A DNA stretch of 64,000 nucleotides from Azolla caroliniana (taxonomy: Eukaryota > Plantae > Polypodiophyta): positions 11,222,001 to 11,286,000 of the forward strand of contig JBHGNT010000012.1 of assembly GCA_043228905.1 (NCBI GenBank), given 5' to 3'. The translations under genes were made by a program, and so were the position numbers. This document shows, piece by piece, positions 39,665 through 51,660 of this stretch. The notes below the pieces were generated by a model. It saw only the letters and a program-made list of their open reading frames with translations, was not told where the DNA came from and searched no databases. Numbering within the stretch: position 1 is the stretch's first letter; each line of letters opens with the position of its first letter.

Positions 39665-40755
39665 AGTGTAGCTAATTAGTTACATCTTTGCTAATTAGGA
39701 AAGCCGTATAAAGTGTGGAAACTATTTAGGTGTTATGGTTGTAGTGTAGTAGCTAATTAGCTAACATGTAGTTAATTAGCTAAGCGGTAGCTAATTAGCT
39801 ACTACCATACTTTAGTTGAGTAGCTAATTAGCTAAGTGATAGCCAATTAGCTACTACCATAGTTTAGTACAATAGCTAATTAGCTAAGTGGTAGCTAATT
39901 AGCTACTACCATAGTTTAGTCGAGTAATTAAGTAGCTAAGTGGTAGCTAATTACCTACTACCATAGTTTAGTTGAGTAACTAATTAGCTAAGTGGTAGCT
40001 AATTATCTACTACCATACTTTAGTTGAGTAGCTAATTAGCTAAGTGGTAGCCAATTAGCTACTACCATAGTTTAGTACAGTAGCTAATTAGCTACTCCCA
40101 TACTTTAGTTAAGTAACTAATTAGCTTAGTGGTACCTAATTAGGTACTACCATAGTTTAGTACAATAGCTAATTAGCGAAGTGGTAGCTAATTAGCTACT
40201 ACCATACTTTAGTTGAGTAGCTAATTAGCTAAGTGGTAGCTAATTAGCTACTACCATAGTTTAGTACAATAGCTAACTAGCTAAGTGGTAGCTAGTTAGC
40301 TACTACCATACTTTAGCTGAGTAGCTAATTAGCTAAGTGGTATCTAGTTAGCTACTACCATACTTTAGCTGAGTAGCTAATTAGCTAAATGGTAGCTAAT
40401 TAAGTACTACCATAGTTTAGTACAATAGCTAATTAGCTAAGTGGTAGCTAATTAGTTACTACCATAGTTTAGTACAATAGCTAATTAGCTAAGTGGTAGC
40501 TAACTAACTACTACCATACTTTAGTTATTGTGGCTAATTAGCTAGTACCATACTTTAACTGAGTAGCTAATTAGGTACTACCATACTTTAGTAGAGTAGC
40601 TAATTAGTTGCTACCATATTGTCAAAGAGTAGCTAATTAGCTAGTACCATACCTAAGCGAAGTAGCTAATTAGCTCAGTGGTAGCTAATTAGCTATTGTC
40701 ATAGTCTAGAAGAATAGCTAGTAAACTAAGATGTAGCTAAGTTGCTAATTAGCAA
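39665..40755. repeat. Satellite of ~52-bp units built on the palindrome TAGCTAATTAGCTA
   Basis: Unit TAGCTAATTAGCTAAGTGG TAGCTAATTAGCTACTACC ATA(C/G)TTTAG... Confidence 0.95.
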
Positions 40756-41593
40756 CCATGTTGTTGCAGAATCTTGTGGATTAAGGAGGGCGCATGAGGT
40801 GTCTGGTGCTGATGACAATGCAACCGATGAGGAGATAGCTGCCAACGTGGCTGAAAGTAAGAGTCCTGCTATCACATCTCCTTCAGATCAGCTCCACCCT
40901 ATTCTTTTGGAAGATGGTACTGAATTAGGCAACGATGTGAAAAGCCATTAAATATTGGAAACAACATGTAAATATGAGGTTCACAACAATAGTGTTTTTG
41001 AACACTTCATACAACATTTCTTCGAATCCGAAAACCTTGATTCCACCTCACCAAGCCCAACTACTGATAATGTCCAAACAGATCCCACTGTCTAGAAAAG
41101 CTAGCGCAAGACACGGATGACGTGCAAGCCGTTGCTGAGGTGATGGAAAGGTTGTTAGAGGAGGACACACTTACGCAATGGGTCAAAGAAGCAAGGCTAA
41201 ATGGGCAACCGGCTAGAAAAAGGCTAAAGAAGGGGCCACGATTGGGGACAAGACTAGTTACTCGGTCAAGGGGCTCTTGAATTGGAGCGAAATAATTATT
41301 AGTGGGATATGATTGTTAGCGATTTTCCTAGGGTTTTATGAAGTTTTACTATGACCTATTTGGACAAGTAAAACCTCACATTGGTTGTTGCTTGATCCAC
41401 ATTATGTAATGGAACTCTATGATGTTTCTTCAAGATAATTATGTTCATGTTGTTCTATGATGGAAAATATTTCATACTCATTATGTTGTTTTGTGAGACG
41501 GTTAGTTACTTTGTGAGTGTGAATATGTTGGTGTTTTCTGATGTTGCAAGGTCTTAAGGGTTTGAATCTATTGCTCCTAAGGTCGATGGCAGT

Positions 41594-42514
41594 GTGGAAA
41601 CTCTTGATGTTGCTGCATGTTTAGAGGCCCACATCTTGAAAGTAGATGTAGCAACCGACACAAATGATCTGGTCACGCAAGTTGATCAAGCATGTTGCAC
41701 AGATGATCTGATTTTGCAAGTAGATGCAGCATGTGATACCACTAGGCTGATATCGACCAGATCAGTATCTACATGCACCAAGCTAATGACTAAGTCGACA
41801 ATACAAGAGAACCAGAATGTGAAGCTAGGCCCAACACAATCTATCAGGGGTTTGAAGAGGAAAAGGACACCAATTGTGCCGACAGAACCTGAGTTGATTG
41901 AAATTGATCGTGTGCTACCAGTAATTGGTGTAACAAAGGCTCAGTTACAGGAATGGAAACCTAAACCATTAGAAGTCGAAAGAAGAGCCTTGATCTTGGA
42001 GCTTGATAAAGTCCTGATGAGTGTGCGATATATGACACCAAGGAGGGACGCAAATCAATTTCTAGAGTGGGTTGTGCAATTCTTTGATTTGTTTATTTGG
42101 AGTGAAAAACCACGTACAGATGTGTGGAAGTGTGTAGGAAGATTTTTCCCGAAGTGGCGACAACATTTCAAGGGTAAGTGGACACGAGAGAATTGTGAGC
42201 AGAAGGATATTGCAAGATTCAAAAGACTTTCTGATTTTTGGGCCACTTGGCCAAATTATAATGCTGACAATACATTGATTCTGGATACTGAACATTTCCG
42301 ACATTACTTCAACATTCGCAGATGCTGTCTCATTCTACCCGATGAAATGCCTGAACACTACTTGGTGAAAACATTGAGCTGCCAACTAATTGCATGGTTG
42401 TGGACTCCATACCGAGCTCGATATGCAGATCATATATGTAGAGAAGTTCCACTGACCAGCAAGAGCTTAGCTGTTTATAGGCGATTTGAAGACATTGGCA
42501 ATGGGATGTTATAA
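41594..42514 (+). CDS. FCP1/NIF (CTD-phosphatase-like, HAD fold) domain protein, probably the last exon and catalytically dead
   Basis: Ordered motifs LILELDKVL, PRRDANQFL..F.LFIWS, WTRENC, KRLSDFW and YNADNTLILD follow the FCP1-homology pattern. KRKR NLS-like motif. 306 open codons with no ATG start. Confidence 0.65.
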   Translation: METLDVAACLEAHILKVDVATDTNDLVTQVDQACCTDDLILQVDAACDTTRLISTRSVSTCTKLMTKSTIQENQNVKLGPTQSIRGLKRKRTPIVPTEPELIEIDRVLPVIGVTKAQLQEWKPKPLEVERRALILELDKVLMSVRYMTPRRDANQFLEWVVQFFDLFIWSEKPRTDVWKCVGRFFPKWRQHFKGKWTRENCEQKDIARFKRLSDFWATWPNYNADNTLILDTEHFRHYFNIRRCCLILPDEMPEHYLVKTLSCQLIAWLWTPYRARYADHICREVPLTSKSLAVYRRFEDIGNGML

Positions 42515-42979
42515 ATATGTAATTTGATGACAGATTAATCAATGAAAAATTAAATTTCTTGTTTTGAGTAACTTATCTACTGTGTAATTTTAAGAGTATG
42601 TTCAAGATTGTTGATTTCATGATAATGCTTTTTCTTAAAATTATGCAAACTATTTTAACTTGTACATGGTTCACTTGAGTAAATCTGTATCTTAGAAAGA
42701 AGAACCCTAAACGATATTATTAAACTGGTTTTTAAGAAAGAAGAACAGAAAAAAGACTGTATATAAAAAAGACACAATTTTATTGAGAAAGAAGCACAAA
42801 AAGTAGACTATATATAATAATAATAAACTCCCAACCATTAAACTGTTTATTTGCAATACATGTGCTTTGTTTGTTTTACAATAAAACTGGTAATTGCTAC
42901 TTGTAGCTACAAATTCCATGGCATACAATTGTAAATACATTCGTACACATTAGCACTAATTGTGTATAAACTTGAGCAG

Positions 42980-44703
42980 CTATTGTATTGCGACATTGGG
43001 ACATTGATGCATGACCAAATGAGAGTACATGTACGCCACTAGTTTATCTTCTAATAGCCTATACACATAATCGTAATCATTTAGTCTTGCATAAAAAATA
43101 CCTTCAATGTAGAATGTCCTGGTAGATACAACATTTCCCCAAGCATCTAATATATTTTGCGTTGCACACTGTTTACTAATTGTGCACTTCAATATATAGA
43201 AATCAACACCCTCTGAATTGCCTTCTTCTGCATTTACAACGAAATTATCCCCAACATTTAAGACATCACTTAGAGTATCTCCACGTCCTTGATATGTGAA
43301 GTTATCATTCTTTTCTGTTTCTCCATCAATTGCTTCCTTATCGTTCAATGTATGATACTCCCAATTCTGAATATATGCTTTGTTTAAACAATGCCTCCAA
43401 TTTCCCTGCACACAATGGAAGCAAAAACAAGTTAATTCTCTAACCGCAATACAATGACCATCCAACCTAGAATAACCGCGAACAACATGGAGAGATCGCA
43501 ATTGGGGAATTCCTTGGCACTCCCAGGTCTTCTCCCTATTTACTTCATCTATCTTCACTTCCCAAAATTCACGTTTGATATCTCAGACTTACAAGGAATA
43601 AACACCAGTTGCACTCGTTGACATATTAGCTCTTAAAAATTCAACTACATGTGCTGCACAATTCATCTGCACACCATCTACCTTTAGTTGTTCATGGGTA
43701 AGTGCCCGCTTTATAACAACACCTACACCATCATGTTCACCTTTACCATGGCCAGACCCAAAAAAATTCCATCTCATCTCCAAACCTGTTATAGTAGGAT
43801 ACCTCCCCACAAAATAAAATGGACGTCTAGCCTTGAATTGTGACGCAACACCATCAGACCAGACCCAATGTTGAGTAAGCTCCAAACATTTCGCTAATAA
43901 CCATTGCCAATGTAAGTTAAAACAATGTTGGACGAACAAGGTATCATGCTTCTTATCATCAGAATAAAAAAATGAATTACTTTTTTAACATCACCTGAAA
44001 CTCAAAAATATGTTATGTGCACAAAAATGGTTACCTGCACTGAACACCAATAGATTGAATTTCATTCTGCTGCTTGAAAGTATAATTCTCTGCGAAATAT
44101 ACTACATCATTTGGACATATGCAAGTCTTAAAATGATGGGCTTTCCATGAATAAATGAAGTTGTGTTTAATGAACTTTCCTAGAGATACTACAAATAGAG
44201 ACGCCAAATCCCTTGGTTTAAGCGACTTCCTAACTAGATCCTTTCTTTTACACACATTTCCTTCGAAATTGGTGTCAACTGAGTCAAATAACTTGACAGA
44301 GATTAATATTTCACTAAATTAATTTGGACATCACCTAAATCTACTAGAGCCACAATCTTGAGATAAACCTATGACACATTTATGACTGTGGAAGATGGCC
44401 TAAGTTTCTCTCGGACACAATACTGAATCTAAAAGACAACTCATGGACGAGATAATAGTGCACTTGCAGGCTCGATTGACAAATTGGGAACTCACAAGTG
44501 CAAACTACATTAGTTAGGGGGGCACTATGGTGACGTAGTAGATTAATAGAGTCCTTGAGAAAACCCATTTGTACATGGTAAATGCAACAACATGTGTATC
44601 GATCCTTCAAGTGTCTCACAAAGTGTGGCTTAAGAGACTCGAATGTTCGTAGTTGAACTTTGATATTTGGATGCATTCGTCTGAACCTAATGAATAAATC
44701 AAC
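42980..44703 (-). pseudogene. DDE/D transposase, Sola2-like, disrupted
   Basis: HPNIKV...FESLKP...TCCCIYH, FAENY, WSDGVASQFK, WNFFGSGHGKGEHDGVG and C-terminal CFCFHC..GNWRHC. Confidence 0.75.
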
Positions 44704-44734
44704 CTACATAATAAAATCGACATATTGATTAGTT

Positions 44735-46258
44735 GATTAGCTATGCTCCAAACCTGTTATAACAACTAATAAGCTATTCTAGTATCTAATTAGCTATTCT
44801 GGTAGCTAATTAGCTATCCTAGTAGCTACTTAGCTAGTAATAACTAAATTAGCTATTGGGAATAGCTAGTTAGCTAATCTGGTTGCTAATTAGCTATCCT
44901 AGCAACTAATTATCTTGTAATAGCTAAATTAGCTATTGCGAATAGCTAGTTAACTAATCTTGTAGCTAATTAACTATAGTCATATGCAGCTAATTAGCTA
45001 TTCTAGTAGCTAATTAGCTAGTCATACACAACTAATTAGCTATTCTGGTAGCTAAATAGCTATACTGATATTCTTAGGTAGCTAATTAGCTATAGTCATA
45101 GGCAGCTAATTAGCTATTCTGGTAGCTAAATTGCTATGGTTGGTAGCTAATTAGGTATTTTGGTTGCTAATTTGCTATCCTGGCACTTAAATAGTTGGTA
45201 ATAGCTAAATTAGATGGTAATAACTAATTAGCTATTGTGAATAGTTAGCTATTCTAGAAGCTAATTAGCTATTCTGGTAGCTAAATAGGTATTTGGTAGC
45301 TAATTAGCTATCCTAGCAACTAATTAGCTGGTAATAGCTAAATTAGCTATTGTGAATAGCTAGTTAGCTAATCTGGTAGCTAATTATCTATAGTCATATG
45401 CAACTAATTATCTAGTTAGCTATTCTAGTAGCTAATTAGCTAGTCATACACAACTAATTAGCAATTCTGGTCGTTAATTAGCTAGTCATACACAACTAAT
45501 TAGCTATTCTGGTCGCTAATTAGCTAGTCATACATAGCTAATTAGCTATTATGGTAGCTAAATAGCTATGCTCATATTATTAGGTAGCTAATTAGCTCAG
45601 AGTGCTAGCTAATTTGCTATGATTGGTAGCTAATTAGCTATTCTGCTAGTTAATTAGCTAGTAATAACTAAATTAGCTATTAGGAATAGCTAGTTAGCTA
45701 TTCTAGTAGCTAATTATCTATAGTCATACAAAGTTTATTAGTTATTTTGGTCGGTAAATAGCTATGCTCATATTCTTAGGTAGCTAATTACCTTTCTAGT
45801 AGGGGATTAGCTATTCTGGTAGCTAATTAGCTATAGTCATAAGCAACTAATTAGCTAGTCTGGTAGCTAATTAGCTATTGTCATAGGCAACTAATGAGCT
45901 ATTGTGGTAGCTAAATAGCTATGATTGGTAGCTAATTAGCTATTTTGGTAGCTAAATAGCTAGTATGTTCGATATTCTTAGGTAGCTAATTAACTATTCT
46001 GGTAGCGAATTAGCTCGTAATAGCTAAATTAGCTATTGGCAGTCACTATTAAGCTATTACTAGTAGCTAGTTAGCTATGGTCATATTTTGAGGTAGCTAA
46101 TTAGCTTTTCTGGTAGCTAATTAGGTATTACTGGTACCTAGTTAGTTATGGTCATATTCTGAGGTAGCTAATTAGCTTTTCTTGTAGCTAAATTAGCTAT
46201 TACTAGTAGTTAGTTAGCTATGGTCATATTCTGAGGGAGTTAATTAGCTATTCTGGTA
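44735..46258. repeat. Irregular satellite of the TAGCTAATTAGCTA palindrome (second array)
   Basis: Dozens of copies with short variable spacers such as TTCTGG and GTCATACAC. Confidence 0.95.
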
Positions 46259-46346
46259 ACACCCATAACATCAAAAATCAAGGATATAGTCACAATATTT
46301 TGGACTAATGAGGGTCGGGTTTCACCCAATAATCTAATGTAAGCAA

Positions 46347-46499
46347 ATGACACCCATAACATCAGAGATCAAGGATATAATCACAATATTTTGGACTAAT
46401 GAGAGTCGGGTTTCACCCAATAAGAAGGATTTATGCAGGAAACGTGTTGGAAGGAGTCAATACGAGGAGCATCCCCTTCATCTTCTTGATGTACCTCAG
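46347..46499 (+). pseudogene. Upstream transposase exon, inverted relative to the rest of the gene
   Basis: FWTNESRVSPNKKD...HLLDVPQ ends at a CAG|GTATTT donor that is phase-compatible with the TAG|GTT acceptor at 44703. Confidence 0.6.
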
Positions 46500-46630
46500 G
46501 TATTTACATTTATCTCAACATTTCTTTTGACTTTTGAGCTTAGTTAGTTAGCTTATTAGCTACCTCCGAATATGACCATACAAGAAAAGCTAATTAGCTA
46601 CCTCAGAATATGACCATAGCTAACTAGCTA

Positions 46631-49600
46631 CCACGAAGTCTTCGAGTGTTTTCAGAACCTGCAAAGCTTGGTTGAATGGGAAACAGAGAGGAAGATGAAG
46701 TGCCTGCGGTCGGATGGTAGAAAAGAATATTTTTCCGGTCAATTCAACAATTATCTATAGCAAAAAGGAATTCGGAGAGAGTTCAGTTGCAGATACACAC
46801 CGGAGCAAAATGGTGTGGTCGAGAGGAGAAACCGATCGCTTATCGACACGGCAAGGGCGATGCTGGAGGAGAAGAGGATGCCCAAATTCTATTGGGCTGA
46901 GGCGGTCCGGACGACCGTCTATATCCAAAACCGGATTGGTGACAAGGTGTCCGCGCATGAGCTATATTTTGGGCGCAAGCCGAATTTGTGACACCTTCGG
47001 ATATTCGATAGCATTGCATATGTGCATGTGCCGGATGAAAAGCGGAGGAAGTTGGATGCAAAGTCGGAGAAATGCATCTTGGTTGGTTACTCGCATGAGC
47101 AAAAGGGGTATAAGTGTTATAACCCCCGGACGAAGCAGGTCCGAGTTAGCCGGGATGTTGATTTTGATGAGACGACATCATGTTATGCCTTATCGGCTCT
47201 GACTTCCAATCTCGACCCCATACCAAAGGATGAAGGATGAGGCTAGTGAACCTGAACTGGTCCAGTTAGAAGACGAAGGGTTCAAGACTCTAGATGTGAG
47301 TCCGGAATCGTTTCGGTTAAGTCGACCGAATGAGCGGCTGAGTCGGGATGACCAGTCGAATGAGGAACCGACGAGTAGTGGAGAATATGTCGTGCTCTCC
47401 CCGCGCAAGGAACCGAGGAGATGATTCACACGCAAAGAGAAGGGGAAGAAGAAGATGTCGGAATACGAAACTAGCATCATTGAGTCGGATCGTAGCGAAT
47501 CCGACTCCGATAAGGAAAAAGGCGGATGTTAGGGAACGAAGTCCGAACCGGCCAAGAAGGGCCTCAAACCGAGTAACGATAAGTTACGCCGGTCTTCCCG
47601 CCAGAAGAACCTCATGAAGCGGTACAGGTACAATGAGTACATGGCGCATCATTATGCGTACATGACCAAAGTGGCGTAAGTGCGTGAGCCGGAGAGCTAC
47701 GCAGAAGTGGCAAAGGACACAAATTGGTGTGCTGCTATGGAGGAAGAAATGCGGGCACTTGATGCCAATGACACATGGCACCTAGTTGACCCTCCCTGAC
47801 ACTGTAAACAGATCGGATGTAAGTGGGTGTACAAAGTAAAGTACAATGCTGACGGTTCAATTAACTGGTACAAGGCCCGGTTAGTGGCGACGGGATACGC
47901 AAACCCACAGAATCGACTACGATGAGACCTTCCGGTTTGTGTGGTGTTGGCGGTTGATGCGGCAAGGGAGTGGCATCTTCACCAAATGGACATGAAGAAT
48001 GCATTTCTTCAAGGCGATCTTGAGGAAGAGGTCTTTATGACCCAACCCCCCGGTTTCCAGTCGGAGATGAACAAGTCGGCGGTATGCCGGCTGAAGAAGT
48101 CACTTTATGGCTTGAACCAAGCCCCCCGAGCTTGGAATGCGAAGATCACGCACCGGTTGCGTAAGATGGGGTTTGCGGCCTCCAAGTTCGACTCTTCGTT
48201 GTTCATCCGGCAAGGTACGGACAGTCCGGTTTGCATCTTGCTGTATGTTGATAATCTAGTCATCACCGGACCCGGACTCGATGAAATCAGCCGAGTCAAG
48301 TCCTAGCTATTAGACGCATTTGAGATGAAGGACCTGGGTGACCTTCACTATTTCCTTAGGATCGAGGTGATCTGAACCCCCGACGGCATATTACTCTCAC
48401 AAAGACACTATGTGTTGAATATGTTGTACAAGTTCGGCATGACGGAATGCCGACCGATCTCCACACCCCTGGACTAGAACTAGAAGCTTTGTCCCGACTC
48501 CAGACCAGCCTACGATGAGAAGCGGTTCCGAAAAATCATCGGAAGCCTTATATATTTGACAATCACCCGGCGTGATCAACCAATATATGCAGAAGCCGAC
48601 CGTGCAGCACCTTCTATGCGCGCATCAAATTTTGCGATATGTGAGCAGTACGAAGGAACAAGGACTGCTATATCGGCATGGTATAAATGAAGAGCTAGTC
48701 GGCTACACTAATGCCGACTGGGCCGGCAATGCATCAGATCGCTAATCCACCTCTGGCTATATGTTTTCCCTTGGTAGCGTGGTTGTTGCATGGAGCAGCA
48801 AAAAGCTGCCAACAGTGGCGCTTTCGAGCACTGAGGCTAAATACCGGGGCGCTACCATTGCCACCTATGAAGCCATTTGGCTTCGGCGGCTGCTGCAAGA
48901 CCTGCAGATTGAGGTGCCGACCTCGATCCTAATCTACTATGTCAACATAAGTAGCATGCAGCTCGCCAAGAACCTCGTATTCCATGCTCGCACAAAGCAC
49001 ATAGAAGTGCACTACCACTTCGTGCGTAAGTGTGTCCTGAGCGGTGAAGTCGAACTTCGGTATGTTCATACGGATTGGTAGGTTGCGACATCTTCACCAA
49101 ACCGCTCAGATCAGACAATTTGCAACACTTCACCGAAATGCTTGGTGTTCAGCATCTCGACATGCCACACTTGAGGGGGAGAATGGGCAAAGACACCGGA
49201 ACGGGCAAAGGCAAAGAAACTACCGATTGTGCAAGTGAGGGAAGAACCAACAAAGGGAGAGACAAGAAGAAGGCCAAGACTCGGACATGGTCCGATGTGG
49301 TGAAGGGCCTGGAACCGGAAGACGAGTCAAGAACGACCGATTCGGACAAGAGCTGGACCGAATCGAAGACAACCGATTCGGTTCAACAAACGGATTCGGA
49401 AGAACCGGATCAACTAAAGGCCAAGCGGACGAGAAGGCAACGGAAGTCGACGCCAACACGAAGGAACCGGCAGGTTGACAAGCGCCGAAGTCACAACAAC
49501 GAGGGAGCTGAATTGGGCCTGTTGAGCAGACAAACCGACCGAGGAGGTCGAGGTGTGCAGAATTAGAAGGGTCACGGCAAGCGGAACCGGACCGGACGAG

Positions 49601-50140
49601 GAGCACGAGTGAGGTAGAGTGATGCCAGAAGGAGCCGGGTGGAAGGACCGGCTGCCATGGAAATTGACACTACAATCTGACCTCAAGTTGAGCTTGAGGG
49701 GGAGTGTTGAGCGGCAAGCTCAATCGGATCCAGATCGACTGAATAAGCCTGAGCTGGATCGGTATCTGGAAGGATGAGCCGGATCGGTGAGCCGGTGAGC
49801 AAGCAAGCCGGTGAGCTAGGGAGCCGGTTAGCCGGATCCAGCAGTAACCGGAAGCCTAGTAACAGCCTAGACTACTAGGTAGTTAATGACTTGTAGTTAG
49901 TGTCAGACGCTCGTGTGAGCATTGAAGTACACAGTACTTCTGTCAGTCCTCTTAGGACTCATATAAATAGTGTTGTTGAGCATGTTGTATGTACAGAGAA
50001 CTATTATTGTTTTGTAATAGATTTTTAATGTTCTGCTCCTTCTCTATCTCTCCCGCATATTAATCTCTCTCTCTATCTCTCTGCCTGTTGCTATCCGGCT
50101 GAGCTGGTTTGTCTGACACTTCCACACCTTCGTTTCTACA
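46631..50140 (+). mobile_element. 5'-truncated, decayed Copia element (integrase to 3' LTR 49705-50140)
   Basis: Integrase, RT and RNase H fragments; PPT followed by TGTTGA...CTACA; same subfamily as 54099-59979. Confidence 0.93.
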
Positions 50141-51182
50141 GTTTGCTTCCATTACAACACAATATAGTAAAGATCTCACTACCGCCTATGTTAAGCATTT
50201 AGACAGCCTTGTGCATTATTATACTAAAATTGTAGATGATTTTCCTACAACTGTGCGATCAGATATACTCAAGCTTGCTAATCTCCTAAAAGCTCCCGCT
50301 TGTTTTGACATAATAGAACCTGATTCAAACCCAAACTCATTTAGCAAACAACTTGAAGATTTCAGAGAAGAATTAGCCACTAATATTTTAAAAGAATGTA
50401 ATACAATAGCTCTATCACTCACTTATAGGGAAGCCTTTAGGACGACTACAATGCAAAGAAGAGATAAAGCACAATTAATATATGACAACACTCAAAGCAC
50501 AAGTAATCACCATATTAGAGAGATAGACCTAGATATGGAGTCTGAAGATGATATTGAAGATGATAATGAAAAGGTAGTAGATAGTTTTGAGAAAGCACAA
50601 TATGACAAATTACAGTTTACATCTCATCACAATAACCTTAACTTGAGAAGAAACCCTAACTCTACCTCTAACTTTAACCCTAACCCTAACCCTAACCATA
50701 ACTCGAGAACAAACCCTGACCCAAACCCTAACTCTACCTCTAACTTTAACCCTAACCCTAACCCTAACCCTAACTCGAGAACAAACCCTAACCCAAACCC
50801 TAACTCTAGAATAAACCCTAACCTAAACCCTAACCCTAACTCAAGATTAAACCCTAACCCTAACCCTAACTCGAGAATAAACCCTAACCCTAACCTTAAT
50901 TTGAAAACAAACCCTAACCCTAACTTGAGAACCAACCCCAACCCTAACTCTTGGCCTCGAACAACAAACTCAATGCCTCCTCCACCACAAATTAAGCGTG
51001 GATCATCCAACCACCACAACCATCCTCAATTCATCTGCAACATAAATAATAATGAAGTTAGTATGAACCCTTATCCTAACAACCTCAATCATAGAAACCC
51101 AAAAGAATTATTCTATAAACCCAATGGCCTTTCGGTAGGCCCGACACAAACTCAGCCTACCTCCACCATAACACGAGGATAA
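50141..51182 (+). other. Open frame of unknown origin with an (NP)n low-complexity block; 5' end cut by a Copia LTR
   Basis: More than 340 stop-free codons; helical-looking N-terminal half and an acidic patch; no recognised domain. Confidence 0.4.
50652..50950 (+). repeat. Telomere-like (TAACCC)n/TAAACCC repeat in ~30-bp higher-order units
   Basis: Direct reading: AACCCT runs interrupted by CTCGAGAA(C/T)A-type spacers. Confidence 0.85.
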
Positions 51183-51660
51183 CACCAACATTCACGAACT
51201 CCAACTTCACCACATACGTTTCCCCTTATACAGGTCCTTCGCATCATCCACCACAGGGTCTCCATCATTGACAATCATCACTTTTCGGTGGCGGCGACAG
51301 CAACAACAACGACAACGACAACGACAACGACGATGGTGGTGGCAATGACATCAACCACCATATGCTAGCTTGGCCACACAGCTCACACGAAGTATCCCCA
51401 TCTCTGATCCATAGCTTCCACTCATCGGTTGCACCTGTTGGTTTCTCATCGGCCCTACACAAACACCAACAGCACGATGGATTAAAGGTACAAACGGGCG
51501 GCGGTGTTCTCGACTCGGCGCGTACAGTCGACTATAGAGGCGTCGACCTCCCCCATTCTCACCTTCCCCCCTGCTCTCCAGCCCTCCTCTATATATTGAG
51601 CCCCTCAAGTCCTCTCATCCCTTCTCCTTTGCCCCTCAATTTTCTTTCCCTCCTCCTACA

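Larger units (their letters stand above)
38299..46630. mobile_element. Probable Sola2-like DNA transposon carrying a second gene; boundaries uncertain, right end cut by Copia
   Basis: Transposase remnants, a convergent FCP1-like gene and a shared satellite seeded from 38468 to 46630. A candidate GAG-starting terminus at 38299 is unverified. Confidence 0.55.

Noticed and set aside
39665-46258. TAGCTAATTAGCTA arrays as CRISPR or tRNA/rRNA genes
   Set aside because: The spacers are themselves repetitive; this is a simple satellite.
50652-50950. True telomere or chromosome-fusion scar
   Set aside because: Short, mostly hexameric, regularly interrupted and in-frame within an ORF; no head-to-head array.
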